Shown piece by piece: positions 1 to 6,224 of a stretch of DNA of 14,777 nt. The stretch spans positions 36,028-50,804 of the forward strand of contig PSLL01000003.1 in NCBI GenBank assembly GCA_040289575.1, given 5' to 3'. Source of the DNA: Candidatus Dadabacteria bacterium. GTDB taxonomy: Bacteria > Desulfobacterota_D > UBA1144 > Nemesobacterales > CSP1-2. The translations under genes were made by a program, and so were the position numbers. Numbering within the stretch: the first letter of the stretch is position 1; each line of letters opens with the position of its first letter. The notes under the pieces are model-generated. The model was given only the letters and a program-made list of their open reading frames with translations. It searched no databases and was not told the DNA's origin.

Positions 1-2
1 CT

Positions 3-104
3 ACACTGAATCGGTCACAAAGCAAGCTTGAGAAATTGGCCAAGAAGGCTCTTGAAGAGTCAAAAGCCGGAAAGACAAAGAAAATGGGATTCGACGAATT
101 ATGA
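3..104 (+). CDS. 3' end of a putative type II antitoxin (partial, runs off the window start)
   Basis: Frame 3 reads TLNRSQSKLEKLAKKALEESKAGKTKKMGFDEL*. This resembles the C-terminus of small antitoxins found upstream of ParE/RelE-like toxins. The stop overlaps the next ATG (ATGA, 101-104). Confidence 0.7.
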   Translation, partial: TLNRSQSKLEKLAKKALEESKAGKTKKMGFDEL

Positions 105-377
105 AATTAGAGCTAACTGAAGATTTCATTGAGTGTTTTCGCAAACTGCCAGAAAGAGTAAGACAAACAGCCCGAAAAAATTATAAATTGTGGAAAGAGA
201 ATCCCTACCCTTCCAGTTTAGAGTTCAAGCCTATAAAATCAACCAAGAGCATTTACTCCATACGAATAGGAATTGTATAGCGAGCCTTTAGGTGTGATGA
301 AAGAGGGAGAGTACACGGTCGTGTGGTTCTGGATAGGCTCGCACAGCGAGTATAAAAATTTGCTAAAGATGTTCTAA
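101..377 (+). pseudogene. ParE/RelE-like toxin, disrupted
   Basis: MKLELTEDFIECFRKLPERVRQTARKNYKLWKENPYPSSLEFKPIKSTKSIYSIRIGIV, then TAG at 278-280 (expected W/Y-RA motif position), RA, a 1-nt insertion near 287-289, then LGVMKEGEYTVVWFWIGSHSEYKNLLKMF* ending at 377. WFWIGSH is typical of this toxin family. Confidence 0.8.
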
Positions 378-401
378 GGACATTTTAACGGATAAACGGA
401 G

Positions 402-430
402 TTGAAAAAAAGCCCAGGTTCTTATAAAAT
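402..430 (+). promoter_or_regulatory. sigma70-like promoter for the MORN-repeat gene
   Basis: TTGAAA (402-407), 17-nt spacer, TAAAAT (425-430). Confidence 0.5.
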
Positions 431-468
431 AGAATTAAGAGTTCTACAAATAGATATGGAGGGTGAAG

Positions 469-843
469 ATGGCTAAGAGACTAATCGTAATTTTAATAAT
501 CCTATTTACCCCCGCCGTTGCATTTGGAGATGCCCCTAACCCAATATGTAAAAATAATCCCAATGGAATAGTTAAGGATTACTATCCACACGGAGTGGTG
601 CAGACTGAATGGGGGTGCAAAAACGGCCATCTAAATGGAGTGACCAGGCTTTACTATGAAAGCGGTGCATTAAAGAAAGAGGTGCATTATAAAAATGATA
701 AGATGGACGGACCGTCTCGCACCTACTATGAGAGTGGGGCGTTAGAGGGCGCATGTAGCTACAAGGGTGGCAACCAGGTTGGAGTACGTAAGATTTATTT
801 TGAGAATGGGACATTGAAGGAAGTATTGAATTTTGGAGAATAA
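469..843 (+). CDS. secreted MORN2-repeat protein (YwqK-like)
   Basis: Signal peptide MAKRLIVILIILFTPAVAFG. Four repeats of the G..x.YY(E/P)(S/H/N)G type. GGAGGG RBS at 458-463 favours ATG 469 over GTG 463. Confidence 0.85.
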   Translation: MAKRLIVILIILFTPAVAFGDAPNPICKNNPNGIVKDYYPHGVVQTEWGCKNGHLNGVTRLYYESGALKKEVHYKNDKMDGPSRTYYESGALEGACSYKGGNQVGVRKIYFENGTLKEVLNFGE

Positions 844-943
844 TAAGCACAGCCGAAGGCAATCATTATTTTGTTGGAAGAGAAAATGGCATTTTAATTA
901 TATTCACCAGTTGATGTGTTTCCCATAATTTTTCTCGTGCCTA

Positions 944-973
944 TTGATTTTGCAAGATATTTTTAATTATACT
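944..973 (+). promoter_or_regulatory. possible sigma70 promoter upstream of the cassette-like unit
   Basis: TTGATT (944-949), 18-nt spacer, TATACT (968-973) in an AT-rich intergenic region. Confidence 0.35.
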
Positions 974-1005
974 CCTAAAACAAAAGAAAAAGTGATAAGC
1001 TGTTT

Positions 1006-1024
1006 TTATAACTAAGAGTTATGC
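1006..1024 (+). other. attI-like integrase simple site / left cassette junction
   Basis: TTATAAC-TAAGA-GTTATGC: an inverted ATAAC/GTTAT pair with a 5-bp spacer and a GTT core, the geometry of an IntI simple site. Confidence 0.45.
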
Positions 1025-1062
1025 TCTTTCCCATTTTTCCAGCCATCGCTGAGGGACAACCG

Positions 1063-1548
1063 ATGAATATAACAACAATCTTGGTAGCCGCCGCCACCTT
1101 CGTTATTGCGTGGTGTGCCTCAGGACAGTTCGAATCCGGTTCGGCTTCGGCACGGACCGAGGTCTGTAAATCAACCGATGAGCAAGAGATCGCAGCACTA
1201 TTCGACCGGTGGAATCGCTCCCTACAGAGCGGTGACCCACGCAAGGTTGTTGCCAACTATGCCGAACGTTCGATCCTCCTTCCTACTCTGTCCAACAAGC
1301 TGCTTCTGACCGCTGATGAGAAGGAGAACTACTTCCGTCATTTTCTCAAAAACAAGCCTGTAGGGAAGATCAACTTCAGGATAATAGAGATTGGCTGCAA
1401 TACGGCGGTTGACGCCGGGCTCTACACATTTACCTTCGGCACGACTGGTGATAAAGTCGAGGCTCGCTACACATTCACATATAAGTGGGATGGCAAGCAA
1501 TGGTTAATCACAAGTCATCACTCCTCCATGATGCCGGAGAAGAAATGA
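1063..1548 (+). CDS. iota-class carbonic anhydrase-like protein (COG4875, SgcJ/EcaC/DUF4440, CaMKII association-domain fold), exported
   Basis: Motifs IAALFDRWNRSL, LLPTLSN, YFxHFL, AGLYTFTF, ARYTFTY and C-terminal ITSHHSSMMPE (HHSS signature). GAGGGA RBS at 1051-1056 precedes ATG 1063. Hydrophobic N-terminus followed by Cys. Confidence 0.85.
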   Translation: MNITTILVAAATFVIAWCASGQFESGSASARTEVCKSTDEQEIAALFDRWNRSLQSGDPRKVVANYAERSILLPTLSNKLLLTADEKENYFRHFLKNKPVGKINFRIIEIGCNTAVDAGLYTFTFGTTGDKVEARYTFTYKWDGKQWLITSHHSSMMPEKK

Positions 1549-1559
1549 CGTACTAACAG

Positions 1560-1617
1560 ACATAATTCTTCATTTTGGCGGAGCGCCTCCGGCGGCCGCT
1601 GAACCCAAGCGTTAGCC
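1560..1617 (+). mobile_element. degenerate integron attC site (58 bp, aadA-like short type)
   Basis: ACATAAT TCTTC ATTTTGGC GGAGCGCC TCC GGCGGCC GCTGAAC CCAAGC GTTAGCC parses as R''-5nt-L''-central hairpin-L'-6nt-R'. It starts 11 nt after the stop codon. The 3' half is close to canonical and the 5' half is mutated. Confidence 0.6.
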
Positions 1618-1686
1618 TACATCAATTAAACACTAATTTTCTTTTTTTGTGACTTTGCGCCTTATTAGTGAGCAGTTACAGGAAAA

Positions 1687-1695
1687 TGGTATAAT
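1687..1695 (+). promoter_or_regulatory. extended -10 promoter of ubiD-mqnE
   Basis: TGGTATAAT (TGnTATAAT), ending 10 nt before ATG 1706. Confidence 0.55.
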
Positions 1696-1705
1696 CAAAG
1701 GGCAG

Positions 1706-3481
1706 ATGAAAAAAAGGAATTTCTCCGACATTCAGGAATTTATCTCATACCTAGAATCTATCGGCGATTTAAAAAGGGTAAAAGCCGAAGTAGACCCGAT
1801 TCTGGAAATCACAGAAATCTCATCGAGGGTAATTAAAGAAAGAGGTCCTGCGCTTATATTTGAGAATGTAAAAGGCTCTCCTTTCCCCCTTGCAATCAAT
1901 CTCTTTGGGACTGAAGAGAGGATTGAATTTGCCCTGGGGAGAAAGCCGAGAGAGGTCGGTGAGGAGCTGGTATTTCTCTTTGAAAAAATGAATCCCCCTT
2001 CAATAAAATCCTTCTTTTCAATTCTTCCAAAGGCTATAGGGCTTCTTTCTATGAGAACGAAGAATGTAGGAAAGGGAATGGCTCAGGAAATTGAGGAGGA
2101 GCCTGATCTCGATAGGCTTCCCGTAATTAAGTGCTGGCCCAAAGACGGTGGCAGGTTTATCACACTGGGACTGGTTTTAACCCAAGACCCGATTACAAGA
2201 AGGAGAAACCTCGGAATCTATAGGCTTCAAATCTACGATAAAAAAACGACAGGAATGCACTGGCATCCACATAAAGGCGGCGCAGCCCATTATCACGAGG
2301 CCTCGAAACTCGGAATGGACCTTGAAGCCGCTGTGGTTCTGGGCGGAGACCCTAAGATGATATTCACTGCCATTGCTCCCCTCCCCGAAGGTATGGATGA
2401 AATCGCATTTGCAAGCTACCTTCGAGGAAGCCCGATGCCTATGGTTCGGGGCAGAACCATATCGCTGAGTGTTCCTGCGAATGCCGAGTTTATTATCGAA
2501 GGGGTTGTTCCTCAGGGGGAGATGCGAATTGAGGGTCCGTTCGGAGACCACTTCGGGTACTACTCAATGGAAGCGCCTTTTCCGATCTTTAGAATAAACG
2601 AGATAACACACAGGCATAATCCAATCTATCCCGCTACGGTTGTTGGAAAGCCGCCTAAAGAGGATATATTTCTCGGAATTGCGGCGGCGGAGATGTTCTC
2701 TCCACTTATAAAGATTATTCAACCCGAAGTGAGAAGGATGTGGGCTTACCCAGAAGCTGGGTTTCATAACCTCCTCGTTGTCTCTGTTGATGAGAGATAC
2801 CCAAAGAATGGAATTAAAGCTATGCTCGCACTCTGGGGGACAGGACAACTACTCCTTACAAAGTGTATGATAGTGGTATCAAGCGACATAAACCCACGGG
2901 ACTGGAGCGCTGTTCTTAGGGAAATAGGAGAGAATTTTGACCCCCGCGAGGATTTTCTCTTAATTCCCTGGGCGCCGCTCGATACATTGGATTTTACAAG
3001 CGGGAAGCTCAATGTGGGGAGTAAGATGGGAATAAATGCCGTAAGACGCGCAAATGGCGGAAGAGAAAAAAGAAGAATCCCGAAAGGGGTTCCCGATCCG
3101 AGGGAGAGGCTAAGCGATGTAACGGATTTCAGGCTTCTTCCGGGAGGATTTTTAGTCATAAAGGTCCAAAAAAATCCGAAGGATAATATCCGCAGGCTTT
3201 TTGACATACCCGGATATGAGGATGTTAGAATTATTGTAGCCCAGAGTTCGGATATTGACCTGCATAATGATACCGATCTGATCTGGGGCATATTTACAAG
3301 GTTCGATCCATATCTCGATGTTATATTTGAGAGGACAGAACTCAGAGGCTCGGCAGTAGTCTATGATGGAAGAATGGGTATAGATGCCACGTTTAAAGAA
3401 TGGTATCCTGAAGTAATTGAGATGTCGGAGGATATAAAAGAGAAGGTGAGAGAGAGATGGCCGGAATACTGGAAAGTATAG
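1706..3481 (+). CDS. ubiD: UbiD-family (prFMN) decarboxylase, menaquinone futalosine pathway (MqnL-like)
   Basis: Motifs VDPILEITEI, INLFGT, RNLGIYRLQ, EGPFGDHFGYY, ATVVGKPPKED, DTLDF and GIDAT. The C-terminal domain is duplicated. Its 3' end overlaps mqnE. ATG 1706 is preferred over GTG 1649. Confidence 0.92.
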   Translation: MKKRNFSDIQEFISYLESIGDLKRVKAEVDPILEITEISSRVIKERGPALIFENVKGSPFPLAINLFGTEERIEFALGRKPREVGEELVFLFEKMNPPSIKSFFSILPKAIGLLSMRTKNVGKGMAQEIEEEPDLDRLPVIKCWPKDGGRFITLGLVLTQDPITRRRNLGIYRLQIYDKKTTGMHWHPHKGGAAHYHEASKLGMDLEAAVVLGGDPKMIFTAIAPLPEGMDEIAFASYLRGSPMPMVRGRTISLSVPANAEFIIEGVVPQGEMRIEGPFGDHFGYYSMEAPFPIFRINEITHRHNPIYPATVVGKPPKEDIFLGIAAAEMFSPLIKIIQPEVRRMWAYPEAGFHNLLVVSVDERYPKNGIKAMLALWGTGQLLLTKCMIVVSSDINPRDWSAVLREIGENFDPREDFLLIPWAPLDTLDFTSGKLNVGSKMGINAVRRANGGREKRRIPKGVPDPRERLSDVTDFRLLPGGFLVIKVQKNPKDNIRRLFDIPGYEDVRIIVAQSSDIDLHNDTDLIWGIFTRFDPYLDVIFERTELRGSAVVYDGRMGIDATFKEWYPEVIEMSEDIKEKVRERWPEYWKV

Positions 3482-4566
3482 AGAGGCTCTGTTGGGATAA
3501 ATCCCTTTTGTTCATACTTGAGAAAGTCGAGAATGGGGAACGGCTCAGTTTTGAAGACGGGCTTATGGTTCTTAGAAGTCCTGACCTTAACGTAATCGGT
3601 ATGATAGCAGATTACGTTAAAAGAAAAAGGGAAGGGGACAGGGTTTACTTTGTTGTAAACCGTCATGTAAATCCGACAAATATATGTGCGATCTCATGCA
3701 AGTTCTGTGCCTTTGGTGTGACACAGAAATCTCCAAATGCTTATGAACTAACCCATGATCAGATACTTTCCATGTTAAATGATGAAATAAGGGAGGTTCA
3801 TATAGTTGGAGGGCTTCATCCTGATTGGAAATTCGACCATTATCTCGATATTGTAAGGCTCATTAAGAGTGCGTATCCTAAAACGCACGTAAAGGCATTT
3901 ACTGCCGTTGAGGTGGATTGGTTTACTGAGATTAGCGGAAAGGGCATAGAAGAGGTGTTGATAGTTTTAAAAGAGGCGGGAGTGGACGCCCTTACCGGCG
4001 GCGGTGCGGAGATTCTCCACCCCGATATAAGAAAAAAGATATGCGCGCCCAAAACCGTCGCGACGAGGTGGGAGGAAATACATAAGATTGCACACAGGCT
4101 CGGCATACCGACGAATGCCACGATTTTATACGGACACATAGAGGAGCCTTTTCATGTCGTTGACCATCTTGAGAGGCTGAGAAGAATTGAAGACGAATCA
4201 CCGGGATTCTTTGCATTTATCCCAGTTCTATTCCAGCCCGAAAACACTGGGCTTAAAAAACAGGTGAATTTTATCCCCGGCTCTTATGACCTCAAAATTC
4301 ACGCACTTGCCCGCCTCTATCTCGATAACTTCCCTCACATAAAGGCCTACTGGATAACACTCGGTGAAAAGCTCGCTCAGGTTGCCCTCCACTTCGGGGC
4401 AAGCGATGCCGACGGAACCATTATGAGGGAGAAGATCATACACGATGCCGGTGCGCCATCTGAGCTTGGACATACGAGGGAATTTATGGTGAATATGATA
4501 AAGAACGCCGGATACATTCCGGTTGAAAGAGACGCGCTCTACAATGTGGTGAGGGTGTATCAATAG
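3457..4566 (+). CDS. mqnE: aminofutalosine synthase MqnE (radical SAM, CofH/MqnC/MqnE family)
   Basis: NRHVNPTNICAISCKFCAF (CxxxCxxC), EVHIVGGLHPD, VKAFTAVE, GGGAEI, TNATILYGHIE, HIKAYW, DGTIMREKIIHDAGA and PVERD. Confidence 0.9.
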   Translation: MAGILESIERLCWDKSLLFILEKVENGERLSFEDGLMVLRSPDLNVIGMIADYVKRKREGDRVYFVVNRHVNPTNICAISCKFCAFGVTQKSPNAYELTHDQILSMLNDEIREVHIVGGLHPDWKFDHYLDIVRLIKSAYPKTHVKAFTAVEVDWFTEISGKGIEEVLIVLKEAGVDALTGGGAEILHPDIRKKICAPKTVATRWEEIHKIAHRLGIPTNATILYGHIEEPFHVVDHLERLRRIEDESPGFFAFIPVLFQPENTGLKKQVNFIPGSYDLKIHALARLYLDNFPHIKAYWITLGEKLAQVALHFGASDADGTIMREKIIHDAGAPSELGHTREFMVNMIKNAGYIPVERDALYNVVRVYQ

Positions 4567-4630
4567 AAGGTTGTTGTGCTATACATACACATAGAGGTTT
4601 TCGACTGAAATTTTTAAGGGATGAATTGTT

Positions 4631-5193
4631 ATGTCAGTTCAGGTTACAAAACGCCACTTCAACATAACAGAATATTACCGTATGGCTGAGGTCGGTATCC
4701 TATCAGAGGATGATTGTGTTGAACTCATTGAGGGAAAGATTATAAAATGGCTCCCATTGGCAGTCGTCATGCCAGTTGTGTCAGTTGTTTAAATGCTATA
4801 TTCAGTCGTCAAGTTGGTGAGACTGCATTAGTAAGTGTACGGAATCCGGTACGTCTCAGCGATTTCTCAGAGCCACAACTCGATATTTCTTTGCTAAGAC
4901 CGCGTGATGATTTTTATTCTAACTCACATTCAACCCGTGCCGATGTATTGTTGATAATATAGAGGTCAGCGATACCTCTTTGGAATATGACTGGGACATA
5001 AAAATCCCTCTTTATACCGCCTCATTGATATCTGAGGTGTGACTTGTGAATCTGATTAAAGACATGGTTGAAATCTATAGAGACCCGCGAGACGGCATGT
5101 ATCGAGAAGTTCGATATGCCACACGTGGAGAATCGTTAAGCTCAAAGTACAATCCAAATCTCCACAATTAGCGTTGATGCTATTACTGGTTAG
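4631..5193 (+). pseudogene. Uma2-family endonuclease, disrupted
   Basis: MSVQVTKRHFNITEYYRMAEVGILSEDDCVELIEGKII / MAPIGSRHA...SEPQLDISLL...DVLLII / EVSDTSLEYDWDIKIPLY...EV*LVNL...EIYRDP / TISVDAITG*. Frameshifts near 4745, 4960 and 5162, plus TGA at 5040-5042 in the expected Trp position. Confidence 0.88.
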
Positions 5194-5254
5194 TAGATGA
5201 GAATTGCTTCAATTTAAGTACGTTTCGTCTCTTGTAGATGTCGTTTATTGTAAT

Positions 5255-5513
5255 ATGTTTGAAAAAAAATAAGCTTCAAAAACTCGTACGCTTGCGGGAA
5301 TTGTGTTAGAGCAAGAAAACAAGTTCTTACAGCAATGCTTTCTCAAAAGATCAATCAACAAGTGGGGTGAGATGCCACCGTCAATTCTCGGTCTTAATAA
5401 TGAACGTTACTATCAGTTCTTAATACTTCGAGAACTACTTTTACATTTCGAGTTATTGCTGGTGGTTGAAAAAGACAATTTTGATCTAGTGCTTTTTTCT
5501 CCTTACCCTCTAA
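5255..5513 (+). pseudogene. probable truncated remnant of a hypothetical (possibly nuclease-like) gene
   Basis: Protein-like stretch MFEK/NKLQKLVRL/AGIVLEQENKFLQQCF...NNERYYQFLILRELL...EKDNFDLVLF. It needs frameshifts at the 5' end and then runs antisense into the next gene. Confidence 0.3.
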
Positions 5514-5519
5514 ACTCTC

Positions 5520-5957
5520 TTACTTTCCCATTCTCAATGTTGAATGTGATTTGCTTGACATATCTTTTATATCAAAAGCTGCTTTTCCACCTTCTTCAAA
5601 AGGGGGCTTTTGAATTCCCCAGCTCCAGACCTTCTGCGATGTAATTTCAATGTAAAGCCCCTTGCCGAATCTACCTGTGCGCTCCACAATCTCTGCAGTA
5701 CCGTGAACCTTAATCCCCCTGGGCTTCCAGGGATTGACGGATTCCAGGTCGTCAATCACAAGGGCCACTTTGAGATTTCCATTTTTTATGTTTTTGTACT
5801 TGAGTGTCTTTTCCATATCGAGACTCGGGATTACAAATTTGTCTCCTTCGAGTTCATAACTGACGGGTGCGACATCCGGCTGAAGTCCTTTTGAGACTGT
5901 AGCTATTCTTGCGAGTTTTTGTGATCTTAGGTAATCAATCTCTTTATCTGAAAACAT
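5520..5957 (-). CDS. PPOX-class (pyridoxamine 5'-phosphate oxidase-like, putative F420/FMN-binding) oxidoreductase
   Basis: FSDKEIDYLRSQKLARIATV, QPDVAPV, KYKNI, VALVIDDLESVNPWKPRGIKVHGTAE and WSWGI. AGGAGGAG RBS on the minus strand. Confidence 0.85.
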   Translation of the reverse strand: MFSDKEIDYLRSQKLARIATVSKGLQPDVAPVSYELEGDKFVIPSLDMEKTLKYKNIKNGNLKVALVIDDLESVNPWKPRGIKVHGTAEIVERTGRFGKGLYIEITSQKVWSWGIQKPPFEEGGKAAFDIKDMSSKSHSTLRMGK

Positions 5958-6074
5958 GAGTACTCCTCCTTTTTAAAACCCTGTTTTAATGATAAAGTTA
6001 ATTTTAAATTGTACTATATTGTGACTGGTTTTTTAGATGCGGTATTTAAGTAGTTAGATATGGTATCTTAGTAA

Positions 6075-6193
6075 GAGAAAGGAAAACCGAAACAATACCG
6101 CCTAGCGGCGGACACGGCTATTTTGACATGAGCACATACGAAGAGTATTTTGCGGGTAAACTAACAAACTATTGTTTGCCTCATGATTCTTAA
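6075..6193 (+). pseudogene. trpB2: C-terminal fragment of TrpB2 (TrpB-like PLP enzyme)
   Basis: EKGKPK / ..SGGHGYFDMSTYEEYFAGKLTNY matches the TrpB2 tail pattern E.G.K.ILFNLSGHG.FD..AY..Y..GKL.DY as I recall it. Confidence 0.7.
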
Positions 6194-6224
6194 CTCTATG
6201 ACTAATTATCAAGAGGAGACACAC

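Noticed and set aside
469..843. MORN/YwqK 'antitoxin' as partner of the upstream toxin
   Set aside because: It has a signal peptide and its own promoter, and the toxin already has a coupled upstream antitoxin. The YwqK label is a generic repeat annotation.
974..986. CCTAAAACAAAAG resembles the class 1 attI1 core region
   Set aside because: It is not followed by GTT and is low-complexity A-rich sequence, so it is probably chance.
1551..1557. TACTAAC as the attC R'' box
   Set aside because: It has the AAC triplet but gives no L'' match at 5-nt spacing. The register starting at 1560 fits the spacing and the upstream core better, though this alternative is not fully excluded.
6098..6111. CCGCC-TAGC-GGCGG hairpin as a terminator or riboswitch part
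   Set aside because: There is no U-tract or recognisable aptamer, and it lies inside the trpB2 remnant.
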